A stretch of DNA of 61,092 bases from a bacterium (GCA_021788195.1 JAJYKY010000001.1:1-61092), one strand, 5' to 3'. Counted from the first letter of the stretch, positions 9,364 through 18,172 are shown. Numbers and translations are program-made. Notes: generated by a model from the letters alone, not told the origin.

Positions 9364-10784
9364 TCTTTCTTCTCTTCGGGGCGCAGAGTCGGAAATAAAA
9401 TTACGTCTTTAAGACTGTGCTGGTTAGTTAAAAAAGCTACCAGACGGTCGATTCCCAGACCCCATCCCGCCGTCGGCGGCATCCCGTATTCCAGAGCGCG
9501 AATATAATCTTCATCTAAAACCTGGTACTCGGACAAGCCGGCTTTGGCCAGTTTCATTTCTTCTTCCCAACGGGTCCTTTGGTCTTTCGGGTCATTAAGT
9601 TCGTTGTAAGCATTGACCCACTCCGCTCCGGCTACGACCACCTGAAATCCGGCAGATTTAGATTTATCATCGGATTTTCTTTTTGCCAGCGGCTTAAGGA
9701 TCACCGGATGATCGGTTAAAAACATCGGGCCAAAAATTTTCGGCCGGCTGACTTTTTTATAAAGAGTGTCTAAAAGGGCGGCTAAACCCACGACTCCGGT
9801 CAAATCCAATTCGATACCTTTTCCCTTGATTTCGGCCAGTAATTCTTCTTCCGTCGTCGATTTATCAATATCAATTCCCGTATCGGCTAAAATCAGGTCA
9901 CGGTAAGTAACCCTCGGCCAAGGCGGGGTAAAATCGTAATCCTGTCCCTGATAATTAATCTTGTAGCTGCCGGTAATTTCCCTAACCACTTCCGATAAGA
10001 TCTTTTCGGAAAAGCCCATCAGATTCTCGTAATTGGCGTAAGCCCAGTAAAACTCCAGCATGGTAAATTCCGGATTATGCTGGCGGTCAATACCTTCGTT
10101 GCGGAAATCTTTCCCGATCTCATATACCTTTTCAAACCCGCCGACAATCAGCCTTTTTAAATAAAGCTCGTCAGAAATTCTTAAAAAGAGATTAACATCC
10201 AGGGCGTTATGATGGGTCGTAAACGGCTTGGCTGTCGCCCCGCCATAGAGGGGCTGTAAAACCGGAGTCTCGACTTCCAGAAAACCGGCTGTGTCCATTT
10301 TTTGGCGCAAAAGGGAAATGACTTTGCTTCTTATTTGAAAAGTCTTTTTAACTTCGGGATTCATTAATAGGTCCAGATAGCGCTGACGATATCGTTCTTC
10401 AACATCGGAAAACCCATACCAGGAAGAGGGCAACGGCCGAAAGGATTTAGTCAAAAGGGTAAAATCAGAGACATCAACAGTCGGCTCGCCGGCCTGGGTA
10501 GTATATTCTTCTCCGGAAACCGCCAGAAAATCGCCGACATCCAAAAGTTCGACCGCCTCCCATTTATCCGGCAGTTTATCCGCCTTGAAGGAAACTTGTT
10601 TTTTTCCTGCCTCGTTAGTTAAATCGGCAAATATCAGTTTACCGTGACCCCGCATTGCCGACAAACGGCCGAAAAGATTCCATTTTTGCCCGGTCCAGGC
10701 CGGAAATCCCGGCATTCCCAAAGAAAAAAGCTTTTCCATCTTCCCTTTACGAACCGCCATTATTTCCTCAATCGGCTGAGCCAT
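9360..10784 (-). CDS. lysS: Lysyl-tRNA synthetase, class II
   Basis: 474-aa ORF. OB-fold N-domain and class II motifs (FRNEGIDRQHNPEFTMLE, GWGLGIDRLV). Confidence 0.93.
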   Translation of the reverse strand: MAQPIEEIMAVRKGKMEKLFSLGMPGFPAWTGQKWNLFGRLSAMRGHGKLIFADLTNEAGKKQVSFKADKLPDKWEAVELLDVGDFLAVSGEEYTTQAGEPTVDVSDFTLLTKSFRPLPSSWYGFSDVEERYRQRYLDLLMNPEVKKTFQIRSKVISLLRQKMDTAGFLEVETPVLQPLYGGATAKPFTTHHNALDVNLFLRISDELYLKRLIVGGFEKVYEIGKDFRNEGIDRQHNPEFTMLEFYWAYANYENLMGFSEKILSEVVREITGSYKINYQGQDYDFTPPWPRVTYRDLILADTGIDIDKSTTEEELLAEIKGKGIELDLTGVVGLAALLDTLYKKVSRPKIFGPMFLTDHPVILKPLAKRKSDDKSKSAGFQVVVAGAEWVNAYNELNDPKDQRTRWEEEMKLAKAGLSEYQVLDEDYIRALEYGMPPTAGWGLGIDRLVAFLTNQHSLKDVILFPTLRPEEKKE

Positions 10785-10830
10785 ATGATCAGATTATCGA
10801 AGAATTCCGGAGAATTATCAATCAGGAGTC

Positions 10831-11307
10831 CTACTCAACAGCCACAATAGAATAAACAATTTTTCCGGCCGGAGCAGCAACTTCGGTCTTTTCCCCGACC
10901 TTTTTCCCGACAAGGGCTTTACCCAACGGAGAACTGGCGGAAATCTTTTTAGCTACAGGATCAGCTTCCCACTCACCTACAACGGAGAAAGTTTCTTTCT
11001 TCCCGTTGAGAAGAATCGTAACTTTACTGCCAATGTCGATTGTCCCTTTTTTTGTCGCCGTCTCCACCAGCCGGCTGTTTTTAAGAATTTCTTCAATTTC
11101 GGAAGCCCGGCCCTGAAGGAACTCCAGTTCTTCGTTAGCTGTCTGGTAAGCACTGTTTTCCGAAAGATCGCCGTCCTCGCGGGCCTTGGACAACCTTTCA
11201 ACCACAGCCGGTATTTTGACCTTATTCAGCTCGGAAAGTTCCTGTTCGAGACTTTTAAGGCCATCACTGGTCAAGAGAACGGTATTGTTTAGAATAGTTG
11301 CGGGCAT
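10831..11307 (-). CDS. greA: Transcription elongation factor GreA
   Basis: 158-aa ORF. Coiled-coil tip motif EDGDLSENSAY and a C-terminal FKBP-like domain. Confidence 0.9.
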   Translation of the reverse strand: MPATILNNTVLLTSDGLKSLEQELSELNKVKIPAVVERLSKAREDGDLSENSAYQTANEELEFLQGRASEIEEILKNSRLVETATKKGTIDIGSKVTILLNGKKETFSVVGEWEADPVAKKISASSPLGKALVGKKVGEKTEVAAPAGKIVYSIVAVE

Positions 11308-11410
11308 ATCTCTTATCTTACTCCTTCTCCAACAAAAAAAGTTTTCATTACGAAAACTTTCGGAGGGGCAAAAGTTTCTTTATTTGTCGCTGAATTTTAG
11401 CCGATTTCCC

Positions 11411-11439
11411 TTGTTTTGTCAAGATATAAAGAGTAAAAT
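11411..11439 (+). promoter_or_regulatory. Candidate promoter for tRNA-Glu
   Basis: TTGTTT (11411-11416), 17-nt spacer, TAAAAT (11434-11439). The tRNA 5' end lies 9 nt downstream. Confidence 0.45.
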
Positions 11440-11448
11440 GAGCCTGTC

Positions 11449-11522
11449 GGCGCGTTCGTCTAGTGGTCCAGGACAGCTGGTTCTCATCCAGCAAATCATG
11501 GGTTCGACTCCCATACGCGCTA
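11449..11522 (+). tRNA. tRNA-Glu (anticodon CUC)
   Basis: Hand-folded cloverleaf. Acceptor GGCGCGT/ACGCGCT (G1-U72 wobble), D arm GTC/GAC with GG, anticodon stem GCTGG/CCAGC with loop TTCTCAT, T arm ATGGG-TTCGACT-CCCAT. No encoded CCA. Confidence 0.88.
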
Positions 11523-11593
11523 CTCTCTCCGGCCTTTACCTTCCTCTTACTTTTTCCCAATAAAGCCGGAAGCAAACAGCTTTTAATACGCTC

Positions 11594-12016
11594 ATGCCGC
11601 CGAGTTTGGAAGAAATTGCCGAAAGAATTCCTGAGGCCATCGAGCGGAAAACCGCAAATCTTAAAACACAAACTATTGAAGACTTAGAAAAACTGGCAGT
11701 CGCGGCTGAAAAAGTAACTCTTCGGCCGCCGAAAAAGCCGGGAAAAAGGCGCCAGTTTTCTTTTGATCCAGATTCACACGAACTCCGGTTTAAGAAGAAA
11801 ACGGCTCTTGTTCCCGGCGAGATAACTTCTATCGTTGAAAAACTGATCAAACATCCCGGTAATTCTGTTTCCGAATCTGAACTTTTGAACCTTAAACGAA
11901 GTAAACTCACCAGTCGGGAACGGAAAAAACTGACAGTCTGGGTTGCCAAACTAAATACCAGTCTGGAGAACCAGGGTTTGGGTCGGCCGATCACCCACGA
12001 AAAAGGCACCGCCTGA
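11594..12016 (+). CDS. Stand-alone OmpR/PhoB-type winged-helix DNA-binding domain protein (putative)
   Basis: 140-aa ORF. The C-terminal half (EITSIVEKLIKHPGNSVSESELL...LTVWVAKLNTSLENQGLGRPITHEKG) follows the trans_reg_C pattern. No receiver domain. TTTAAT lies 6 nt upstream of the ATG. Confidence 0.4.
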   Translation: MPPSLEEIAERIPEAIERKTANLKTQTIEDLEKLAVAAEKVTLRPPKKPGKRRQFSFDPDSHELRFKKKTALVPGEITSIVEKLIKHPGNSVSESELLNLKRSKLTSRERKKLTVWVAKLNTSLENQGLGRPITHEKGTA

Positions 12017-12100
12017 CTAGGCCGCCTGTCACCAAAGCACTCCAGATCGAGGTTTCTCCAGGGGAACTAACGACTCTCTCTTGAAACATGATACTATATC

Positions 12101-13624
12101 ATGTACATGCTGGCTAAGGTGCGAAGTGCCGCCGTTGTCGGTTTGGAAACCAGGCCGGTCGAGATTGAGGTCGATATTTCCTCAGGAAGTCTACCGGCTT
12201 TTAATATTGTCGGTCTGGGAGACAAAGCTGTGGAAGAGTCCCGCGAGCGGGTCCGGTCGGCCATAAAAAATGTCGGGGCGGAATTTCCCAAACACCGGAT
12301 TACTGTGAATCTGGCCCCAGCCGATCTTCCCAAAGAAGGTTCCACTTACGATTTGCCGATTGCCGTCGGCTTGCTTCTGGGAAACGGTTATTTAAAATCG
12401 GACCTTTCCGACGCCCTGTTTTTGGGCGAACTCTCTCTGGACGGTGCTCTCAGGCCGACCCCGGGAGTCCTGCCGATGGTCCTTTTTGCCAAAGAAAACG
12501 GTTTAAAAAGAGTCTTTTTACCAAAAGTAAACGCCGGCGAGGCCGCGATCGTTGAAGGTCTGAATATCTATGGTGTCGAAAACCTGGCGGAAATGATCGA
12601 CCACCTGCAGGGAATCACCGTCCTAACTCCGCAAAAACCGACGAAAATAGCAGCAATGGGCGGGGATTGCCCGGATGATGATTTAGCCGACATCAAAGGG
12701 CAGGAGCAGGCTAAAAGAGCGGCCGAGATCGCGGCCGCCGGCGGACACAATCTTCTCCTCCAGGGACCACCGGGAGCCGGAAAAACCATGCTGGCCCGGG
12801 CTATCGCCGGAATTTTGCCTGATCTGACCATGAACGAAGCTCTGGAAGTCACAAAGATTTACAGCGTCATCGGAATGCTCCCGCCCGACCGGCCGCTTAT
12901 TACCCGCCGGCCGTTTCGCAACCCCCACCACACCACTTCCCATATCGGCTTAGTCGGCGGGGGAACTCATCCGAAGCCCGGAGAAATTTCTCTGGCCCAC
13001 CGGGGGGTTCTTTTTATGGATGAATTCCCGGAATTTCCCCGGCACGTTCTGGAAGCCATGCGCCAGCCTTTGGAAGACGGCGTCATCACCGTCAGCCGAA
13101 GCGCGGGTACCTTAAGCTTTCCGGCAAAGTTTATCCTGATTGCCGCGGCCAATCCTTGTCCTTGTGGATTCTTGGGCGATCCAAAGCACCAATGCCGCTG
13201 CAGCTCTTTTCAGATTGAAAAATACAAAAAACGCGTGTCGGGACCGATTTTGGATCGGATCGACTTAGTCGTTAACTGCCCCGCTATCCCGGCCGAAAAG
13301 TTATCCGGGATAGCTCCCGGCGAAAGCTCCGCCCAGGTAAAATCCCGCATCCAAAAGGCCAGAACCCGACAAACCCGACGCTTTAAGAACACAAAACTGA
13401 CATGTAACGCGGAAATGAGTACCCGGGAAGTGAAAAAGTTTTGTCCGTTGGATAAGGAAATCTTGCAACACCTGGAACAGGCCGTCGGCGCGCTGGGAAT
13501 TTCGGCCCGGGGCTATTTTAGAATCGTCAAGGTGGCGCGAACTATTGCCGATTTATCGGGAAGCGAAAATATCCTTCAGGATCATATTACCGAAGCGTTA
13601 CAATACCGGTGGCATGAAATTTAA
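12101..13624 (+). CDS. comM: Mg-chelatase-like AAA+ ATPase, YifB/ComM family
   Basis: 507-aa ORF. N-terminal Lon-protease-like domain, Walker A GPPGAGKTM, Walker B VLFMDEF, and CxC Zn-like segment NPCPCG. Start may be the ATG at 12107. Confidence 0.9.
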   Translation: MYMLAKVRSAAVVGLETRPVEIEVDISSGSLPAFNIVGLGDKAVEESRERVRSAIKNVGAEFPKHRITVNLAPADLPKEGSTYDLPIAVGLLLGNGYLKSDLSDALFLGELSLDGALRPTPGVLPMVLFAKENGLKRVFLPKVNAGEAAIVEGLNIYGVENLAEMIDHLQGITVLTPQKPTKIAAMGGDCPDDDLADIKGQEQAKRAAEIAAAGGHNLLLQGPPGAGKTMLARAIAGILPDLTMNEALEVTKIYSVIGMLPPDRPLITRRPFRNPHHTTSHIGLVGGGTHPKPGEISLAHRGVLFMDEFPEFPRHVLEAMRQPLEDGVITVSRSAGTLSFPAKFILIAAANPCPCGFLGDPKHQCRCSSFQIEKYKKRVSGPILDRIDLVVNCPAIPAEKLSGIAPGESSAQVKSRIQKARTRQTRRFKNTKLTCNAEMSTREVKKFCPLDKEILQHLEQAVGALGISARGYFRIVKVARTIADLSGSENILQDHITEALQYRWHEI

Positions 13625-13630
13625 AACCTT

Positions 13631-13846
13631 ATGAATAAAAATTCCGATCAGCCCAAAAAATTGGCCGGGGAGATTGCCCATAAACTCCGCGCCCCTCTGA
13701 CGGCGATTAACGGCTACGCCCAGCTTCTGGACACGAAATTTCCCGATAAAAGCCGACCCGAAGCCCGTTGGACTAAAGAAATTCTTAGAGAGTGCGACCG
13801 GCTGACCCGAATGATTACGGAAATCACGGAAAAATACTCGGCTTAA
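13631..13846 (+). CDS. Stand-alone HisKA/DHp (dimerisation-phosphoacceptor) domain protein
   Basis: 71-aa ORF starting 7 nt after the comM stop. H-box EIAHKLRAPLTAINGYAQLL followed by a second helix ILRECDRLTRMITEI. No ATPase domain. Confidence 0.55.
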   Translation: MNKNSDQPKKLAGEIAHKLRAPLTAINGYAQLLDTKFPDKSRPEARWTKEILRECDRLTRMITEITEKYSA

Positions 13847-14517
13847 TCTTCCTTAAGCATATAACCAAACCCGCGGATGGATTTGAGAAGTTTATTGGGG
13901 GAATCGGCCTCAATTTTTTTGCGCAGATAACCAATATAAATATCGACGACCCGACTTTCAACCTCCGGCGAATACAGCCAAACCCTGTTTAAGATCATTT
14001 CCCGCGTCAGGACCCGCCCCTTATTGGCCATCAGATATTGAAGAAGTTTAAATTCCTGCGGAGTTAGGGAAAGAAGTTTGTCTCCCCGGCGAACTTCCAA
14101 AGTTTTCGGGTCTAGTTCCAGATCTGCCACTTTCAGTTTGTTATCACCGTCGCCCAAAGCCCGAAACCGCGCTTTGATTCGGGCCAAGAGCTCCTCGGCG
14201 GCAAAAGGTTTAACCATATAATCATCAGCTCCCAGATTCAAACCTTTGACAATGTTTGCCGTCGTATCCTTAGCCGTCAGAATAATAATCGGCAGATCCG
14301 GATGTTTCTTTTTAATTTCCACACAAACGGACTCGCCGCTTAAGGTCGGCAACCCCAGATCAAGAATAACCAGATCAGGCGGGAGTTTGTTCAGAGAATT
14401 AATCGCTTCGCTGCCGTCGGCAGCGACCCGTACCCCGTAACCGTTGTCCATCAAAAGTTCCTTCAGATATTTGGAAACTCCGGGGTCATCTTCAACTACT
14501 AAGATTACTTTATTCAT
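13843..14517 (-). CDS. OmpR-family response regulator
   Basis: 224-aa ORF. Receiver (VLVVEDD, DLVILDLGLP, TAKD) plus winged-helix output (VVDIYIGYLRKKIE...IRGFGY). TATAAT lies 6 nt upstream of the ATG. Confidence 0.93.
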   Translation of the reverse strand: MNKVILVVEDDPGVSKYLKELLMDNGYGVRVAADGSEAINSLNKLPPDLVILDLGLPTLSGESVCVEIKKKHPDLPIIILTAKDTTANIVKGLNLGADDYMVKPFAAEELLARIKARFRALGDGDNKLKVADLELDPKTLEVRRGDKLLSLTPQEFKLLQYLMANKGRVLTREMILNRVWLYSPEVESRVVDIYIGYLRKKIEADSPNKLLKSIRGFGYMLKED

Positions 14518-14565
14518 GTTCGCATTATATACCAGAAAATCATTGACCTTCCAATAAATCTGTCG

Positions 14566-14600
14566 GGTAGTACTCCCTTTTTTGGTAAGGGAGTACTACC
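14566..14600 (-). terminator. Perfect 14-bp hairpin downstream of the GlsB-like gene
   Basis: GGTAGTACTCCCTT (14566-14579), 7-nt loop, AAGGGAGTACTACC (14587-14600). It lies 7 nt past the stop at 14607. No clear U-tract. Confidence 0.5.
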
Positions 14601-14606
14601 GCAAAA

Positions 14607-14864
14607 TTACAGATTGGTGTGCAAAATCACCCGGCTCAGCCAGATAAGGATAATCGCTCCCAGAACCGAGACCAGGAGGCTGTAAATATTAAAACCGCTG
14701 ACTCCCGATAAACCTACCAGGCTAAGCAAAAAACCTCCCAAAACACCACCAATTACTCCGAGAATAATATCCATCAAAATCCCCTGTGTCCGGTTGGTTT
14801 TCATAATTAACGAGGCTATCCATCCGGCTAAGCCTCCAAAAACTATCCATAGTAATAAATCCAT
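14607..14864 (-). CDS. GlsB/YeaQ/YmgE-family small membrane protein
   Basis: 85-aa ORF with Gly-rich TM helices (GGLAGWIASLIM, LGVIGGVLGGFLL). AGGAGGTG Shine-Dalgarno lies 8 nt upstream. Confidence 0.75.
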   Translation of the reverse strand: MDLLLWIVFGGLAGWIASLIMKTNRTQGILMDIILGVIGGVLGGFLLSLVGLSGVSGFNIYSLLVSVLGAIILIWLSRVILHTNL

Positions 14865-14893
14865 AATTTTCTCACCTCCTTTAAAAACTCAGA

Positions 14894-15106
14894 CTACCTG
14901 CCTCTCGATTGGGGTGCGCTTATATTGTTTCCCTGGCCCGGAGAATAGGTTGTCGAAATAGCCCCTCCGGGACGAAACATGGATAATCCGTAATAGATAA
15001 CCAGAAATAATATTGCCGCCAAGAGAAGCACTCCGAGAAAAAAGCCAATACCGCTTCCTCGGTCTTCCCTTGTCATTGACGGTGGAGTAATAATTGTCGT
15101 CGCCAT
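14894..15106 (-). CDS. Small single-pass membrane protein, hypothetical
   Basis: The ORF track gives 14894-15115 with a GTG start. The ATG at 15106 is preceded by GGGGGTG at 6 nt. One hydrophobic helix (IGFFLGVLLLAAILFLVIYY). Confidence 0.45.
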   Translation of the reverse strand: MATTIITPPSMTREDRGSGIGFFLGVLLLAAILFLVIYYGLSMFRPGGAISTTYSPGQGNNISAPQSRGR

Positions 15107-15213
15107 CCGAGTCACCCCCTTTCCTCATTTTCCAACTACAAGTAAATTAGGATTCGGGAATAAAATCATCACTATCATTTGGTAATAAAACAGTAAGAGA
15201 CGGCCGGTTTTTA

Positions 15214-15242
15214 TTGACTTTTTTTAGCGGCAACTCTATATT
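15214..15242 (+). promoter_or_regulatory. Sigma70-type promoter abutting the histidine-kinase start codon
   Basis: TTGACT (15214-15219), 17-nt spacer, TATATT (15237-15242), then 6 nt to the ATG at 15249. Confidence 0.6.
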
Positions 15243-15248
15243 TTCGCC

Positions 15249-16490
15249 ATGGAAGAGCGCCGGGGAAATCTAAAGTTTAATCCCGACCGGAGCGATTTTC
15301 TTTTCCGGGCCGGAATTCTGTTTTCGTCATCGTTAAACCGACGGCAAACAATTGCCAATTTAGCCCGTCTGGCTATTCCGTCCGTCGCCGATTGGGGAAT
15401 AATTGATATCTGCCTGGAAGAAAGTTCCCCGTCATGCTTTTTGATTATCCACCCGGACCCGCAAAAGAAAATTCTGTCCCAAAAACTTCAGGAAAACCGC
15501 CGGTCTCCGCTTGCCGCTGTTGATTCGGCAAAGCTTTTTGTTAATCCGAAAGACAAGGACCTGCTGCAGGTAATCAGAAATCCTGAGGATTTACCAATTA
15601 TCAAAGCTTTGGGAGCAAGGTCCGTAATTGCCGTACCGGTAGTATCGCGCGGCCACCGCTTCGGAGTCATTGCTCTTTTTTCCGGCAACCAGGAACTTAC
15701 AGGCAGTAAATTTATCCTGACACGAAAGTTAGCCCACCGGACGGCTTTAGCTCTGGAAAATTCGCAAATATTTGACAATCTGCGCCGAGCCGCTACCCGA
15801 CAAAAGACCCTCGACCGACGCAAAGACCAATTTGTCGCCATGACCAGCCATGAATTGAAATCACCATTAAGTTCGGCTCTCGCTTATTCCCAACTTTTAG
15901 AAAAACGGCTCAGTCTCCGGCGTGACAGCACCTCACTCCTCTATCTGGCCCGAACCAGGGAGCAATTGGACCGTCTGTCACTTCTGACCGAAGACCTCCT
16001 GGATGTAACCAAAATCCGGGTTGGCAAGCTGGAATTAAAGAAGGAAATTCTGAATTTTGATGAAATTATCTCGACGGCCGTGGAACTTTCCAGATTTACG
16101 GCAGCTGATCACAAAATAATTCTTGAAGAAAACGCCTCCGTTAAAGTTGCGGGCGACCGGAACCGCCTGGGTCAGGTTCTCGGCAATTACCTGGCTAACG
16201 CCGTCAAGTACTCACCGGGGAAAAAGAAAGTCATCGTTTCCGCTAAAATTAACGGCCCGGAAGTAGTAGCCAGCGTCCGGGATTTCGGTATCGGCATTTC
16301 CCTTAAGGACAGAGCCAGGATTTTCGACCTTTTTTATCAGGCTGCTACTCCGCAAGCTTCTTCCCGCGGCCTGGGATTAGGTCTTTATATCTGCGGACAG
16401 ATTATAAAACTTCACGACGGCAGAGTTTGGGTGGAAAGTAAAAAAGGGCAAGGCTCAACTTTTTTCTTTTCCCTTCCGGTAATTTCATAA
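15249..16490 (+). CDS. Cytoplasmic GAF-domain sensor histidine kinase
   Basis: 413-aa ORF. H-box MTSHELKSPLSS, N/G boxes (LGNYLANAVKYSP, DFGIGI, GLGLGLYICGQII). No TM segment. Confidence 0.9.
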   Translation: MEERRGNLKFNPDRSDFLFRAGILFSSSLNRRQTIANLARLAIPSVADWGIIDICLEESSPSCFLIIHPDPQKKILSQKLQENRRSPLAAVDSAKLFVNPKDKDLLQVIRNPEDLPIIKALGARSVIAVPVVSRGHRFGVIALFSGNQELTGSKFILTRKLAHRTALALENSQIFDNLRRAATRQKTLDRRKDQFVAMTSHELKSPLSSALAYSQLLEKRLSLRRDSTSLLYLARTREQLDRLSLLTEDLLDVTKIRVGKLELKKEILNFDEIISTAVELSRFTAADHKIILEENASVKVAGDRNRLGQVLGNYLANAVKYSPGKKKVIVSAKINGPEVVASVRDFGIGISLKDRARIFDLFYQAATPQASSRGLGLGLYICGQIIKLHDGRVWVESKKGQGSTFFFSLPVIS

Positions 16491-16535
16491 AAATGTCCCA
16501 GCCGGTAACTTTCTCTTGAAAGGAGGTGGAAAATA

Positions 16536-16712
16536 ATGGCCAAATATACAAAAAAGTTCCGCAACCTTACGGAACACACTTTCAAAGACTATAAATATAC
16601 TCAACCGAAAAGCAGCTACAGCGGGCAAAAAACCAAAAATTATCAGAAAATCGTAACTATCGGTGCCGAAAAACTCCGTACCCGGTTAAACCGGACGGGG
16701 GGCCAACATTAA
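16536..16712 (+). CDS. Small basic hypothetical protein (58 aa), below the ORF-track cutoff
   Basis: ATG at 16536 is preceded by AGGAGGTGG. Translation: MAKYTKKFRNLTEHTFKDYKYTQPKSSYSGQKTKNYQKIVTIGAEKLRTRLNRTGGQH. No family recognised. Confidence 0.35.
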   Translation: MAKYTKKFRNLTEHTFKDYKYTQPKSSYSGQKTKNYQKIVTIGAEKLRTRLNRTGGQH

Positions 16713-16867
16713 AACCAGGAGCAGGATAATCCAAAGAGATACCCGAAGAATCTTTCTGGATAAAAAAGGCAGTCGGTAATCCATATCTTCATCAAACAGG
16801 GTTAGAAAAGTAAATCCACAAAAGCCGGGTAAGAAACCCACAAGAAGAAAGAATTTAATTTACCCCC

Positions 16868-16896
16868 TTGTCAAATCTGATAGCGCTTTATATGAT
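16868..16896 (+). promoter_or_regulatory. Sigma70-type promoter abutting the SurA_N-like gene
   Basis: TTGTCA (16868-16873), 17-nt spacer, TATGAT (16891-16896), then 8 nt to the ATG at 16905. Confidence 0.55.
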
Positions 16897-16904
16897 AACG
16901 GCAA

Positions 16905-17630
16905 ATGCCGCGCCCTAAAGCAAAAAAGGAGAACAGTGTCAAACCTGTTCAAACAAACAAACGAAAAATCCAGAAAACCGTCGCAGCCTTAGAAGCTCCG
17001 GTCGCTGCTGAAACGGAAAAAATGGGCCGGCCGGCCTATGTTCTCCCGAAATTTTCCTGGCGGACGACTAAATGGTTACTTTTGATTGTGGCCATTATCG
17101 GTCTCCTAACTGCTCTGGCTTTCCGGAACAAATCGCTTTTTGTCGCGGCTATGGTTAACGGCCAGCCGATTACCCGCTGGCAGTTAAACGACCAATTAAC
17201 GGCACGTTACGGAAACCAGACTCTGGACGAAATGATCGGCGAAAAGCTCCTTCGGGAAGAAGCGGCTAAAAAGGGCATCAAGGTCACTTCCGCTGAAATC
17301 GAAGCTAAACAGGCCGACGTGATGAAAAGAGTCGGGGGACAGTCCAATCTTGAGGCTGCGTTAACCCAGCAGGGCATGACGCTCGCCGACTTCCGAAAGC
17401 AACTGGAAATTCAGGTCTTGGTAGAGAAACTGGTCGCCGATCAAGTTAAAGTTTCCGACCAGGAAGTCGCCAACTTTATCGCTTCCAACTCTGCCTCTTT
17501 AACCGCAACCGATGAAGCCGGTCAAAAAGCGGAGGCCCGGCAAATACTTACCCAGCAGAAAACTTCTGAAGCTTTCTCGCCATGGTTTGCCGCTCTTAAA
17601 GCCAAATCTTCCGTCATTAAGTTTCTTTAA
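16905..17630 (+). CDS. Membrane-anchored SurA N-terminal-domain chaperone-like protein (no PPIase domain)
   Basis: 241-aa ORF. TM anchor (WLLLIVAIIGLLTALAF) followed by VNGQPITRWQLNDQL...MIGEKLLREEAAKKGIKVTSAEIE, typical of the SurA_N/PrsA N-domain. Confidence 0.6.
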   Translation: MPRPKAKKENSVKPVQTNKRKIQKTVAALEAPVAAETEKMGRPAYVLPKFSWRTTKWLLLIVAIIGLLTALAFRNKSLFVAAMVNGQPITRWQLNDQLTARYGNQTLDEMIGEKLLREEAAKKGIKVTSAEIEAKQADVMKRVGGQSNLEAALTQQGMTLADFRKQLEIQVLVEKLVADQVKVSDQEVANFIASNSASLTATDEAGQKAEARQILTQQKTSEAFSPWFAALKAKSSVIKFL

Positions 17631-17637
17631 CGAAAGA

Positions 17638-17655
17638 AAGCAGCTTGCGCTGCTT
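17638..17655. terminator. Short GC hairpin between convergent genes
   Basis: AAGCAGC-ttgc-GCTGCTT (7-bp stem) followed by a T-rich tract on the plus strand. Lies between the stops at 17630 (+) and 17685 (-). Confidence 0.4.
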
Positions 17656-17684
17656 CCTTCTTTACTTCAACCTCTCACTCTGAC

Positions 17685-17828
17685 TTAAGCTTTTCCCAAA
17701 ACCCGAGCGATCGTGGTACCACAAACCGGGCATTTCCCGACATGGGCGCGACGACCGTTCTTCCAGGTAACATCTTTACCTTCCTTGATCTCTCTTTTAG
17801 CACGACACTTAACGCAATATCCTTCCAT
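17685..17828 (-). CDS. DUF5679-like mini zinc-ribbon protein (47 aa), below the ORF-track cutoff
   Basis: MEGYCVKCRAKREIKEGKDVTWKNGRRAHVGKCPVCGTTIARVLGKA. CxxC...CxxC spacing and overall sequence fit DUF5679 as I remember it. GGGGGTG Shine-Dalgarno lies upstream. Confidence 0.65.
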   Translation of the reverse strand: MEGYCVKCRAKREIKEGKDVTWKNGRRAHVGKCPVCGTTIARVLGKA

Positions 17829-17876
17829 CCGTATTCACCCCCTTTGAAATAAATTAGGCAGGCTTGGGCAGACTGA

Positions 17877-18155
17877 CTAAAAAAACCTGATTAAACCCTT
17901 GCTTTGCAAATACCATAGCACAAGTTGTGCTCCAATTGCAAGAAAAGTAAAAAGCAAGGTCCTTGTTAGATCCGCCCTGAGGAAAGAATAATCGGTCCTT
18001 TCCGTCGTCGGAGCACTTAGTACGAGGATATTATTAAGTGACGAAGAAGGCAGGGAAACCTTTACTTCCGGAGAATTCCGGCTCAAACCGACCAGGGCCT
18101 GGTTCTCCCGCCGTAACTTGGCAATTATTTTCTCTTTTTTAGTTTTTCGACCCAC
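17877..18155 (-). CDS. Hypothetical protein with C-terminal TM helix
   Basis: 92-aa ORF with a GTG start. TGcTAAAAA lies 6 nt upstream. Basic N-terminus and a hydrophobic C-terminus. Confidence 0.45.
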   Translation of the reverse strand: MGRKTKKEKIIAKLRRENQALVGLSRNSPEVKVSLPSSSLNNILVLSAPTTERTDYSFLRADLTRTLLFTFLAIGAQLVLWYLQSKGLIRFF

Positions 18156-18172
18156 GGATTTTTTTTAGCATA

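Noticed and set aside
16713-16866. Minus-strand small hydrophobic ORFs (27-51 aa) between the 58-aa ORF and the 16905 promoter.
   Set aside because: Several overlapping frames are possible. There is no convincing start or ribosome-binding site, and they partly overlap the plus-strand small ORF.
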